From: an uncultured delta proteobacterium
GTDB lineage: Bacteria; Desulfobacterota; Desulfobacteria; Desulfobacterales; Desulfosalsimonadaceae
Assembly (NCBI GenBank): GCA_963826785.1
Contig: CAWGYD010000009.1
Span: forward strand, 1-64,000
Direction of reading: 5' to 3'
Length of the DNA stretch: 64,000 nt
The translations under genes were made by a program, and so were the position numbers. This document shows positions 20,460 to 30,824 of this stretch, in pieces. Every line of letters starts with the position of its first letter. Within the stretch, counting starts at the first letter, position 1. Under the pieces are notes generated by a model that was given only the letters and a program-made list of their open reading frames with translations, ran no database searches and was not told where the DNA came from.

Positions 20460-22181
20460 ATGAAAAAAGAATGGGTCATTTGCGCTCCGGATAAAACACT
20501 GACAGACCGCATCCGCCGCCTCAGCGGATGCCATCCGGTGGTGGCCGCCGTTCTGGCGAATCGTCATATCTGCGAAAAAGCTCAGATCGATGCTTTTCTG
20601 CGCCCTTGCCTGAGCCACATCCGGTCATTTTCTCTTTTGACCGACATGACGCCTGCTGTCGAGCGAATTGCGCACGCACTTGGCCACAAGCAGAAGATTC
20701 TGATTTTCGGCGATTACGACGTGGACGGCATCACCTCGACGGTGCTCATATACGAATTTTTACAGCAGGCCGGTGCCGATGTCCGCTATTATATTCCGCA
20801 CCGCATCGATGAAGGATACGGCCTTGCCGCCAGTCACGTTCGTGAAATCGCCGCTGAAGGCCAAATCGACCTCATCATCACCGTGGACTGCGGTTCGGCC
20901 AGTCACGAGGCGATTGCCTGTGCGACGGCCTGCAATATCGATGTGATCATTACCGATCACCATGATATCCCAGCGCCTCTGCCGGCTGCACATGCGGTGA
21001 TCAATCCCAAGCGCATCGACTGCACCTCCAAAAGCGATCACCTGGCCGGGGTGGGGGTGGCCTTCTGCCTGGCCATCGCCCTCCGAAAACACCTGAGGGA
21101 GTGCGGGTATTTCAATGATGACCGGCCCGAACCCAACCTCAAAAGCCTGTGCGACCTGGTGGCACTGGGCACGATCTCCGATATCGTTCCGCTGGTGGCG
21201 GAAAACCGGGTTCTCACCCATGCCGGCCTCCAGGTGATCAATTCGGCTCCCCGGCCCGGGATTGCCGCCCTGATCGAATCTTCCGGTATCCGCAAACCGT
21301 TCATCGACGCGGAAGACATCGCGTTTCGCCTGGGCCCCCGGCTAAATGCGGCCGGACGGATGGATCACGCCGATTCAGCCGTCAACCTGCTGCTCACCCG
21401 GGATATCGATCAAGCCCGGGTCATGGCGTCGAGCTTGAACGAAATGAATTCCCGGCGGCAGCAGGTCGAAGGCCGAATTTTTCAGAACATCCTGATGTTT
21501 TTAAATGAAAAGCCGGAATTCGGGCAACGCAAATCCATCGTATTGGGCGCCCCGGACTGGCATGCCGGCGTCTTGGGAATCGTGGCCTCCCGACTGGTGG
21601 AGCATCTGCACCGGCCGGTGGTCCTGTTTTCCTTCAAGGACGGCGGCGCCACCGGTTCCGCCCGGTCCATTCCTTCTGTGAACATGCATGAAGCGCTGAC
21701 CGCCTGCGCCGATCTTCTGGAAGGCTACGGCGGACACGCCATGGCTGCCGGACTCCGCCTCAAGGCAGTCAATTTCGAGCCCTTCCGGGCGGCTTTTGAA
21801 CGCCAGGCCGCCAAAATGATCGCCCCCGATGATCTTGCCCCCACCCTGATCATCGATGCCCCGCTCAGCATAGAGGATATCGATGATCGCTTAACCGATG
21901 AGATTGAATCTTTGCAGCCCTTCGGCCCGCTCCATCCAGAACCGCTGTTTTATGCAAAAGATCTTGAGATCCTGTTTTCAAAAGAGATCGGAAGCCGGCA
22001 TTGCCGGTATATCGTAAAGCCCCGCCATTCAACAAAAGACATAAAGCTTCCCGCCATCTGGTTTAACGCCGGTGCAGACGGACCCATCCGGCATCAATTC
22101 GCTTCGATGGCCTTTAAGCTGCGGTGGAACCACTGGAATGGAAAAAGAGCCATCCAATTGATCATCGAAGATGTCCGATGA
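20460..22181 (+). CDS. recJ: ssDNA-specific exonuclease
   Basis: GDYDVDG, TVDCG, TDHH, GPRLNAAGR, GSARS, GGHAMAAG. Confidence 0.96.
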   Translation: MKKEWVICAPDKTLTDRIRRLSGCHPVVAAVLANRHICEKAQIDAFLRPCLSHIRSFSLLTDMTPAVERIAHALGHKQKILIFGDYDVDGITSTVLIYEFLQQAGADVRYYIPHRIDEGYGLAASHVREIAAEGQIDLIITVDCGSASHEAIACATACNIDVIITDHHDIPAPLPAAHAVINPKRIDCTSKSDHLAGVGVAFCLAIALRKHLRECGYFNDDRPEPNLKSLCDLVALGTISDIVPLVAENRVLTHAGLQVINSAPRPGIAALIESSGIRKPFIDAEDIAFRLGPRLNAAGRMDHADSAVNLLLTRDIDQARVMASSLNEMNSRRQQVEGRIFQNILMFLNEKPEFGQRKSIVLGAPDWHAGVLGIVASRLVEHLHRPVVLFSFKDGGATGSARSIPSVNMHEALTACADLLEGYGGHAMAAGLRLKAVNFEPFRAAFERQAAKMIAPDDLAPTLIIDAPLSIEDIDDRLTDEIESLQPFGPLHPEPLFYAKDLEILFSKEIGSRHCRYIVKPRHSTKDIKLPAIWFNAGADGPIRHQFASMAFKLRWNHWNGKRAIQLIIEDVR

Positions 22182-22439
22182 CGCCATTTCGCATCCAACA
22201 CAGGCTTTTTCGGCTGCATGTTCGGATTGCCAAATATTTGCCGCCCAGGGCCTGATTTTATGATCTGAAGTAATTTCTGAACGTAAATGGAACAATTCAT
22301 ATTCGAGACGCCCCTGATCAGTGAATTTTTACTTGAAATCTGCGCGGCTTGGGGTTATTGTTCCCTTTTAATTGTTTCCCGTTATCGTAGCGATACCGGG
22401 CTGACGGAAATAAGTGTCTGAACGGAAAAGGGACCCCAT

Positions 22440-22865
22440 ATGTCAAAACGATTTCGACCCAGCAATCTCGGCGAAACCCGGCTGATTTCAAAAATTGAAT
22501 CCTCCAAGGAATACGAACGCAGAAAAGCCATCAATTCAGTCGGGGATCATCTGGAAGCGCTGAGCAATGCCATTGCCATGAAACTGGTCGAAAACGAACT
22601 GGTTGAAACCAACAACAAGAATTCCCTCCAGGAGCAGATCACCTTCTGCCTGGAAAAATTGACCAATGCAGATGATTTTGAGATCGACTACCAGGTGGCG
22701 ACCATCCGGAACCTGGTTTCCAATCCGCACGTGGTCAGCCTCTATGTCACGGCATTTGTCATTGAACAGCTCATCCGGCACAAGGACATTATCGATGTGT
22801 ATGGCTCGGATGAGGAAATTTATCTCTGTATCCATAAACAGGTGGTCAAGCACCTGCCCAAGTAA
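22440..22865 (+). CDS. Conserved hypothetical protein (141 aa)
   Basis: Clean ORF with AAGGGA RBS, core-like codon usage, stop/start overlap with the next gene. Confidence 0.75.
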   Translation: MSKRFRPSNLGETRLISKIESSKEYERRKAINSVGDHLEALSNAIAMKLVENELVETNNKNSLQEQITFCLEKLTNADDFEIDYQVATIRNLVSNPHVVSLYVTAFVIEQLIRHKDIIDVYGSDEEIYLCIHKQVVKHLPK

Positions 22866-23872
22866 TGCCTCCGCTGTTCAAACCTCGGCTGACCAACACT
22901 CCTACCGGGGATCCCGGCTTATTTGTCCCCTTTTCCTTTGACAGACGGGCCGTTCTTTTCGACATCGGTGATATCGATACCCTGTCGAGTAAAGACCTGC
23001 TTAAAATTTCCGACATCTTCATCACTCACACCCACATGGATCATTTCTCCGGATGGGATCGACTGCTGCGCCTGGTGCTGGGGCGGGAGAAGATTCTCAA
23101 TCTGTATGGCCCAAAGGGGTTTCTGGCCAACATGGATGGCCGCCTGGCCGGCTATTGCTGGAATCTTTTGAAAAATTACACCAGCGAACTGATTCTAAAT
23201 GTCACCGAAATCAGGCACGACACAAAGATCCGCCGCCGTTATTCCACCAAAACCCAATTTCAACCTGAAGATGAAGACCGAATCGAGCCCTTTTCCGACA
23301 GGCTTCTGCTGAAAGAGGATGCTTTTGTTGTTGCGGCCACGGTGCTGGATCACGGCATTGACTGCCTCGGCTTTTCGCTTAAGGAAAGATTTACCATCAA
23401 TATTCGAAAAGATGCCTTGTCGCGACTGGGTTTTCGACCCGGTCCCTGGCTGCGGGAATTCAAGGATGCGCTCTACGGAGGACAACATGCGGATTCCGAA
23501 CTGATCATCCCCGCCCATTACGCGAAAGAAGGTGAAAAAAGGCTCCGGATCGGCGAATTGGCAAAACAACTGGCCATCATTACCCCCGGCCAGAAAATCA
23601 CCTATGTTTCAGACGTGGCCTATACCGATGAAAATATTGAAAAGATTCTTCAGATCGCAAAAGACTCGGATCACCTCTTCATCGAAGCGGCGTTTCTGGA
23701 GGCCGATGCATCCCACGCCCGGCGAAAACACCATCTGACCGCCCGCCAGGCCGGTAGAATTGCGGGCATGGCAGGGGCCAAACGATTTACCCTCTTTCAT
23801 TTTTCCCCCCGGTACAACGATGCACAGCGGCAGTTTCAGGAAGAGGCGACGGCGGCATACGAGAAAAAATAA
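22865..23872 (+). CDS. RNase Z-like metallo-beta-lactamase fold hydrolase
   Basis: THTHMDH, LDHG, YVSD, HHLT, FHFSPRY. Confidence 0.85.
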   Translation: MPPLFKPRLTNTPTGDPGLFVPFSFDRRAVLFDIGDIDTLSSKDLLKISDIFITHTHMDHFSGWDRLLRLVLGREKILNLYGPKGFLANMDGRLAGYCWNLLKNYTSELILNVTEIRHDTKIRRRYSTKTQFQPEDEDRIEPFSDRLLLKEDAFVVAATVLDHGIDCLGFSLKERFTINIRKDALSRLGFRPGPWLREFKDALYGGQHADSELIIPAHYAKEGEKRLRIGELAKQLAIITPGQKITYVSDVAYTDENIEKILQIAKDSDHLFIEAAFLEADASHARRKHHLTARQAGRIAGMAGAKRFTLFHFSPRYNDAQRQFQEEATAAYEKK

Positions 23873-23891
23873 AAAATGGCGGGAATAACCA

Positions 23892-24506
23892 TCAGGCGGT
23901 CTGGAGCGTATCCATGCTGCCCTGACGCATGATCAGAAGGGCCAGCTGGTGCATCGCCTTTCTTTTTTCTTCCGCGGTCCGGCCCGGGTAGTTTCTGAAT
24001 GTCAGAACCACGCCGGCAAGGGAGGCGAAAAACGCCTGGGTATTGAGCCGGAGGTTTTCCGCCCCTTCGGTCTGGCGGATCACCTTGTCGAACATGGAAA
24101 GGAAATATTTCTGGACGGCATTGAATTTTTTCAGGGCCTGGGGATTTAATTCTCCGCGGATCATGAAATGGCACATCATCTGAAAAGCGGCTTCATTATC
24201 GACCATGTAATCCACCACCGCAAGGGAAAGGTCTTCAATATTGCTGCCGCCGGCCAGACGGTCCCGGAGACGCTTTTCAATGGTGTTGATATCGAGCATC
24301 AGGGCTTCCACGAACAGGTCGTCCCGGCTGGGGAAATACCGGTAAATGGATGCGGCCGAAACACCGGCTTTTACAGCGATATCGCGCATGCCGATTTCGT
24401 GAAACGATTTTTCCTCAAAAAGTTCCATGGCCGCCTTGATGATCAGATGTTTTCTGACCTCCCGCTCATCCTCCCGCAATTGTTTGAATGTGGACCTGTC
24501 CGACAT
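23892..24506 (-). CDS. TetR/AcrR family regulator
   Basis: N-terminal HTH: MRDIAVKAGVSAASIYRYFPSRDDLF. Confidence 0.9.
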   Translation of the reverse strand: MSDRSTFKQLREDEREVRKHLIIKAAMELFEEKSFHEIGMRDIAVKAGVSAASIYRYFPSRDDLFVEALMLDINTIEKRLRDRLAGGSNIEDLSLAVVDYMVDNEAAFQMMCHFMIRGELNPQALKKFNAVQKYFLSMFDKVIRQTEGAENLRLNTQAFFASLAGVVLTFRNYPGRTAEEKRKAMHQLALLIMRQGSMDTLQTA

Positions 24507-24773
24507 CCCGCTTTCCCTCCGCTGACTAAAAGGATTCAAAAAGTTAATGGAAAACATTCATTACCAAAGTTTAGGAAAACAAACAATGTTTTTTTAAAGA
24601 ATAGTTCTCATTATCATCACCGTAAATGGTGCGAAACACAGCGGGGGCAGGCGGATTGCGGATGCAGAACGGACATTTCGGTTTAAAAGGCGATTGCGCG
24701 GGGAAAACGAGGCCAATACAAACCGATGGGGCTGATGATACCGCGTAAAATGAGATTTTAAGCGGTTATTTTT

Positions 24774-26375
24774 TTACTGGTCGGGATAGCGGTTGTTGAT
24801 TTCAGTGAATTCATCGATATGGGTCAGGAAAATGTCCACCAGTTCCGGGTCGAACCGCAAACCGCGCTGTTGCTGAATCAAATCGGTTACCCGGGTGATT
24901 TCCCATTTTTCCTTATAAATACGCCAATGGGACAATGAATCGAAGACATCGGCCAGTCCGGTGATGCGGCCGAAGATATGGATTTCTTCTCCTTTGAGGC
25001 CATTGGGGTACCCGGTGCCGTCCCAGTGCTCATGGTGCTGAAGGGCAACGATTCCCGCGGCCTGCAGGATTTTCCGATCCGATTTTTTAAAGATATCGAA
25101 CCCGATGGTGGTGTGCGGCTTGATCTTTTCAAATTCATCCGGGGTCAAGCGGCCCGGTTTGAACAGGATGGAATCCGGAATGGCCACCTTGCCCACATCA
25201 TGAATCGGGGATACGAGCCTCAGCAGGTCGGCCTCTTCCTGACTCATTCCGGCCTTTAAGGCCAGCAGGTGGCAGAACAGGGAAACCCGGTGGGCATGCT
25301 GTCCGACTTCCGGCGATCGGTTTTCCACCACTTCCCCCAACGTCAGCAGCATTTCCTTGTGGGTTTCCACAATTTCCTTGTTGAGCAGGATATTTTCAAA
25401 AGCAATGGCCACATTGCTGGAAAAAATTCGGATAAGGTCCCGGTCCAGCTTGTTCAGATGGCTGCAGCTCTTTAAAAACAAAAGATTCTTTTGACCGTTT
25501 TTGGTGGCAAAAAATCCCACATAAATGTCATCGATAAACTGGCTGCGGCCCTCATTCACCGCTTTTTTAAGATGCTGCAGAATTTCATCGGGAAAAATTT
25601 CCGACACGTAATGATTAACGGCATTTTCATACCGGCCCGTGGCGGCCAGGATGACGAAATCCCCCTTTTCATCCAGGGCGCTGAACCCGGAAAACTGGAT
25701 GTAAACCGAACTTTCATCCAGCTTCAGAATGGAAATCAATTGCATCAGAACCCCTTTGGCGAATTCACGCAGGGACTGATTTTCAAACAGGTGCGCCGAG
25801 GACTTGATGATGCGCTCGAGACCGATCCGGTTTTTTTCGATAATGCGCAGGTCCCGGTAGGAGCGCAGGGCGGAAGTGATGGTGGTGAAGAGCTTTTGTA
25901 CGGTCAGCTCGGTTTTTTCCTTGTACTCGTTGATGTCGTATTCGAGAATGACATCTTTTTCCGGGGCTTTGCCCGGTTGTCCGGTCCTTAGAATAATGCG
26001 CACAAACTGGTTTTTCAGGTCCTGGCGGATAAACCGGGCCAGTTGCAGGCCGGCATCATCTGTTTCCATGACCACATCCAGCAGGATGATGGCCGTGTCC
26101 GGGTGCTGGGCGAGCAGTTCCCGGGTTTCCTGGCCGGAATACGCGCTTAGAAATTCGAGGGTGCGGCCCTCAAACTCGTAGTCGCTTAAAACCATTTTGG
26201 TAACGTGGTGGACTTCCCCCTCATCATCGGCAATGATGACTTTCCAGATTTTATCGGCTTCGGACCGGCGACGGTCGTCCGCATCCGGCATGCGGTTTTC
26301 CCCGTGAACCGGATAAATAGCGTTCACGCTTGCCGTTTCTTCTGTTGTGCCCATTACGATATGCCCCGCCTGCAA
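24774..26375 (-). CDS. REC-DUF3369-HD-GYP response regulator (c-di-GMP phosphodiesterase); start uncertain
   Basis: IIADDE, LLDVVME, LRTGQPG; IHDVGK; HHEHWDGTGYP; ADVFD. Confidence 0.9.
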   Translation of the reverse strand: MQAGHIVMGTTEETASVNAIYPVHGENRMPDADDRRRSEADKIWKVIIADDEGEVHHVTKMVLSDYEFEGRTLEFLSAYSGQETRELLAQHPDTAIILLDVVMETDDAGLQLARFIRQDLKNQFVRIILRTGQPGKAPEKDVILEYDINEYKEKTELTVQKLFTTITSALRSYRDLRIIEKNRIGLERIIKSSAHLFENQSLREFAKGVLMQLISILKLDESSVYIQFSGFSALDEKGDFVILAATGRYENAVNHYVSEIFPDEILQHLKKAVNEGRSQFIDDIYVGFFATKNGQKNLLFLKSCSHLNKLDRDLIRIFSSNVAIAFENILLNKEIVETHKEMLLTLGEVVENRSPEVGQHAHRVSLFCHLLALKAGMSQEEADLLRLVSPIHDVGKVAIPDSILFKPGRLTPDEFEKIKPHTTIGFDIFKKSDRKILQAAGIVALQHHEHWDGTGYPNGLKGEEIHIFGRITGLADVFDSLSHWRIYKEKWEITRVTDLIQQQRGLRFDPELVDIFLTHIDEFTEINNRYPDQ

Positions 26376-26406
26376 GTTTATGGATTTTAAATTTTAATAC
26401 CATGAT

Positions 26407-29343
26407 TTAATTTGATTTGGCAAGGAATCCTTTTTCATCATCTGATAACAACGGAAGCGAAAAATGCGACCAGTCCACCGGAATCCGGATCGTTTGCCCC
26501 GCTTTGTTGCAAAACAGAATATAGCCGTTAACGCAGCCATAGTTAAATATCTCAAGGGTGATTTTGACATCCATCTTGCAGTACTCGATGATTTCGCAGA
26601 TCCGGCCTTCTTTCCACCATCTCAGGGCCTGGAGGCCGTCCCCGTTTTTCTCCAGGCCCAGCGTCACTTTCGCCAGATGATTGAGAGAAAGGCGGTAGCC
26701 CAGGCGGGCATGAACCGTCTCCAGCAGGTCCAGGGTGGGAAGGGCCCTGAAATTAAAATCGGTGTACCCGCTCAACACCCGGTAGTCGAAACGTTTGATA
26801 TTGAATCCCACCACCAGATCCAGGCGCCGGAGATGATCCAGCAGCAGTCCCACATCGGATTCCCGGTATTCCAAATAGGATCCGGTCTTCGAATCGAATA
26901 CAATGGCGCAGCTGACCTTCATGCGATGGGCCATGTGCCAGCCGCCCACCTCATCGGCAGAGCACTGGGTTTCGATATCGAGCACCCCGTAGCGGCAGAC
27001 GGGTCCGGGAAGCGGTGCGGAAACATCAAGGGCGGGCACGGGCTTTTTGCAGGGTATCGAAACTTTGGCGGGTGATTTCCGGCCCGGGCGCATGAGCCGG
27101 TCGATGATGAACAGGGCGGCGGCCTTGTCGATGGGGCGGTTGCCGGAGCCGCATTTGGGGGAATGGACGCAGCAGGGGCATCCGGTTTCGCAGGGGCATG
27201 ATGCGATCACCTCCCGCGTCTTTTCCAGCAGGGCCCCTGCCAGATCGAATGCCTGGCGGCTCAGGCCGATGCCGCCGGGAATGCTGTCATAGATGAACAC
27301 GGCCGCATCTTCGACCTGGGGATGGTAGGGAATGGAGATCCCGCCGAAATCATTTCGGTCGGTGAGCACAAACAGCGGGCAGATGCCGATGGCCGCGTGT
27401 TCGAGCGCGTGGATCCCCCCCATGAAATGCAGCTTTTCCGCATCCGCCTGCGCGTAAATCGCCTGGGGGATCACAAACCAGATCCCTTCGGTTTCGAAGA
27501 TGCGGGGGGGAAGATCCAAAGGAACGAGATTGATCCGTTTTTTGGCATGGATATGTATTTTTTCATATCCGGTGATCTGATCGGTGACCTTGAGCCGGCC
27601 GAAACAGACCCGGGTGCCGCCCACCTGCTTCTGATGCAGGACTTCCAGGATTTCCGTGTCCTTGCTTCCCCTGGACCGGGTGTAATAAACGGGCCGGGTT
27701 TCGGTTACGGCAACGGTCTGGGTGGACAGGTCCAGGCGGTCCACCCGGAAGGTGACGCCCTTGTGCAGATAAATGGCCCCCGGATGGGTTTCCGAAAATG
27801 CACGGAAACCGTCGATTTCTCCCAGGTGTTCTCCGGTGGCGCTGGATACGATGCTGTAGCGCGAACCCGATCCACGCAGATCCACTTCCCGGTGGGGCGA
27901 GTGGATCGCGGCATACAGGCACTGGCCGTCTCCGCTTCGCAGGAGCCGGCCGGCCTTTTCCAGGTCAAAGACGCATTTTTCAACTTCGGGTGTGCGCAAG
28001 AACATATCCCCTTCACAGAGGGGGAGTTCGGCTGCCGCGCAGACCAGGTGCTTTTCGAGGATGTTGGGATTGTGGGGGTTGATCACCGCGGATTCCGGAG
28101 CGCTGCTGAAAAACGCATCCGGGTGGCGCATGAAATACTGGTCCAGTGCGTCTTCGCCGGCAATGAGAATGACGGCGGACGCGCTGCCCCCCCGCCCTAC
28201 CCGGCCGCCCCGCTGGAGGGTGGACATGACCGTCCCGGGATACCCCACCAGCAGGCACAGATCCAGATCGCCGATATCGATGCCCAGTTCCAGGGCGCTG
28301 GTGGAGATGACCGCCAGCAGTTCCCCGGAAAGGAGCTTCTGCTCCACCTCCCTGCGCTCTTCGGGCAGAAAACCGGCCCGGTAGGCGCTGATCCGGTCTT
28401 TGAATGCCCCGCTGCGGCTGCCTGCCCACATGGCGATCAGTTCGGTCAGTTTGCGCGACTGGGTGTAGACAATAGTGCGCAGTTCCCGGTGAAGAGCGGA
28501 CTTGAGCAGCATGATGGCCATATGGGCGGGGCTGTCATCCGGATTGATGAAGATCATGTGGCGTTTTCCCACAGGGGCGCCGCTGTCCACTACCGGTTTT
28601 ACGGAAACCCCTGCCAGGGCTTCGGTCAATTCCTTTGGGTTGGCGATGGTCGCCGAACTGAACACAAACGTCGGATCACTGCCGTAATGTGCGCAGATCC
28701 GCCGCAGGCGGCGAAAAATCTGTGCCATGTGGGACCCCATCACCCCCCGGTAGGTGTGCACTTCGTCCACCACCACCATTTCCAGGCGCGAAAACCAATC
28801 CCCCCATTTTTCATGAAAAGCCAGAAAGGCAAGATGGATCATCTCCGGGTTGGTCATGATCACGTTGGGCGGCAAGTTGCGGATTTTTTTCCGATGCCAG
28901 GCGGATGTATCCCCGTCATAAATGGCGGCCGTGGGAATGGGATTCTGAGGGCACCGGGCGGCCATGTGCTGGAAAGTTTTCAACTGGTCCTGGGCCAGGG
29001 CCTTTAAGGGGAAAATATAGAGGGCGCGGGAATCCGGCCGATTGAAGATTTTTTCGAACAGGGGGAAGTTATAGATGATGGTCTTGCCGCTGGCCGTGGG
29101 GGTGGCCACCACCACGTGCCGGCCTTTCCGGATGGCCTGGATGGCCTGGTACTGGTGCGTGTAGAGGGCGTCGATCCCCATTCCGGCAAGGATCTGAGCC
29201 ACCGGATGGTTTCGCCACCCGGACACCCGGGCGACTTTTCCGGGTTTGGCATCGATGGTCTTGTGATAGGCTACGGTATGCCCCAGCCGTGTGGAAGCTG
29301 AAAGAGCGGTTATATACTCATCGATGTCTTTATGGTGGGCCAT
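26407..29343 (-). CDS. SF2 DEAD/DEAH helicase (Hrq1/MrfA-like, DUF1998) fused to a C-terminal DEDD/RNase H-like exonuclease
   Basis: TPTASGKT, DEVH, SAT, TSALELGIDIG, QRGGRVGR, CPCETGCPCC; C-terminal LDIETQ, GFNIKRFD, YCKMDV. Confidence 0.9.
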   Translation of the reverse strand: MAHHKDIDEYITALSASTRLGHTVAYHKTIDAKPGKVARVSGWRNHPVAQILAGMGIDALYTHQYQAIQAIRKGRHVVVATPTASGKTIIYNFPLFEKIFNRPDSRALYIFPLKALAQDQLKTFQHMAARCPQNPIPTAAIYDGDTSAWHRKKIRNLPPNVIMTNPEMIHLAFLAFHEKWGDWFSRLEMVVVDEVHTYRGVMGSHMAQIFRRLRRICAHYGSDPTFVFSSATIANPKELTEALAGVSVKPVVDSGAPVGKRHMIFINPDDSPAHMAIMLLKSALHRELRTIVYTQSRKLTELIAMWAGSRSGAFKDRISAYRAGFLPEERREVEQKLLSGELLAVISTSALELGIDIGDLDLCLLVGYPGTVMSTLQRGGRVGRGGSASAVILIAGEDALDQYFMRHPDAFFSSAPESAVINPHNPNILEKHLVCAAAELPLCEGDMFLRTPEVEKCVFDLEKAGRLLRSGDGQCLYAAIHSPHREVDLRGSGSRYSIVSSATGEHLGEIDGFRAFSETHPGAIYLHKGVTFRVDRLDLSTQTVAVTETRPVYYTRSRGSKDTEILEVLHQKQVGGTRVCFGRLKVTDQITGYEKIHIHAKKRINLVPLDLPPRIFETEGIWFVIPQAIYAQADAEKLHFMGGIHALEHAAIGICPLFVLTDRNDFGGISIPYHPQVEDAAVFIYDSIPGGIGLSRQAFDLAGALLEKTREVIASCPCETGCPCCVHSPKCGSGNRPIDKAAALFIIDRLMRPGRKSPAKVSIPCKKPVPALDVSAPLPGPVCRYGVLDIETQCSADEVGGWHMAHRMKVSCAIVFDSKTGSYLEYRESDVGLLLDHLRRLDLVVGFNIKRFDYRVLSGYTDFNFRALPTLDLLETVHARLGYRLSLNHLAKVTLGLEKNGDGLQALRWWKEGRICEIIEYCKMDVKITLEIFNYGCVNGYILFCNKAGQTIRIPVDWSHFSLPLLSDDEKGFLAKSN

Positions 29344-30824
29344 GTGGTTTCGTCTGAACGGAATCGGGATCCATGCAGATTCCGAGAATAACGGCTTCCA
29401 GGATGTACCTGGGGGTCTGAACCGATCGCTTCAGCTTTCGGTCCGCATCGGAAAGAAGCTTAATCGATGCGCAAAGCGCCTGCAACGAAAAATTGTCCGC
29501 ACGCAGAAACATCTGGTAAACCGGATATGGATTGTTCGGCTGTTTGGCGATCAGCAGGTCGGTTGCCGGTTTGGCCTTAGACCTGGCCCCGGCTTTTCCC
29601 GTTAGCGGAATCCCGGAGGAAAACCAGCTCCAACTCCGGGGTGATGGTCTCATCATAGGCGCGTATGGCGGGCATAACCGTGTTTTTAAACTGGGTGAAA
29701 TTCATGCCGGGCTGCCAGACATATCCTTCCGGACCGGCCGCAAATTCCTTGATCAGCAGCAGCCGGCGCATCTGGTTGGTCAAGGCGCTTAAAATCTGGA
29801 GATAATGATATCCCGAGCGCAGAAGCGAGCCCAAAAAATACAGCGCGCGGACGGTGTTTTTTTCGGAGACCGCACCGGTGAGTTCATAAACGGGATCTTC
29901 CCGGGTCTGGTTGAGCACGGTCCGGACATCGGCGGCGGTGATCCGGTTTCGGTCGCTGGCATAGCTGATCAATTTCTCCAGGTTGGCGGCAAAGGTCCGC
30001 ATGTCAAATCCGGTCAGATCGGCCATCATTTCAAAGGCCCCGGCTTCAGCCTGCTTTCCCGATTTTTTCAATGTGGCCTGCATGAACTGGCGAAGAACCA
30101 GCGATTGTGCGTCACGATCGGCCTTGCGGGTGCCGGATGCCACGCTGCAGTCGACGACGCACCCCTTGTCCGCCGCAAGCTTGTACAGTGCCGTCCGTTT
30201 ATCCGCGGTGGCAGAAACCATGATCAGGTAATGATGTTCAGGAAATCCTTTTTCAATGGCGCTTTTGAGCAGTTCGGCCCCGTTCGCCGTACTTTTTGCC
30301 GCAGGTGTTTCCAGGTGTTGCTCGCTGCAGTATCGCGCAAGTTCGGTGATCATGGGAAGATCGGCCACCTGATCGTCATCGAGGCCCAACAATCTTACAA
30401 TGGAATGGTCATCCACCAGATCCCCGGGATCGACACCCGTCCGGCCCAGCAATTCCAGAAACATCTGCGCGGCGCCGTCGCGATCGGTTTCAAAAACTTT
30501 TTTGATCTTATCCAGGTTCTGCCCGGGGGGGGACTGCCGGGATGAAAACAGGGTGTCGTCTCTGAGTTCAACGACTTTTTTGCCGGAAAAGAAGGCATAG
30601 GTGTTCAGCCGCTCGATGGCATCGACAATATAGCCGTCTTCTCTTGAGGTGATCACCTCGAGATGATGCTTCTGCGTGCCCGGATCGGGGAGGAGCGCAT
30701 TCACGATACTGCCAACAGCCTGGTCTCTCAAAAATTCATCGCCATAAATCAAAAAAAGGGGACTCAGATGTTTGGCGATGGTTTTCAGGTGGCTTTTTAA
30801 ATCCTTGAAGGCAACTTCAGACAT
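29330..30824 (-). CDS. holA: DNA polymerase III delta subunit-like protein (frameshift near 29625)
   Basis: PLFLIYGDEFL, LNTYAFF, DKRTALYK, NLEKLISY, VYELTGAV; C-terminus (LLSDADRKLKRS...LEAVIL) lies in ORF 29330-29656. Confidence 0.75.

Noticed and set aside
27322..29007. Long antisense ORFs (also 8738-10063, 32864-34672, 41861-43396, 15341-16267 and others)
   Set aside because: Shadow frames of GC-rich genes on the opposite strand, with no recognisable motifs.
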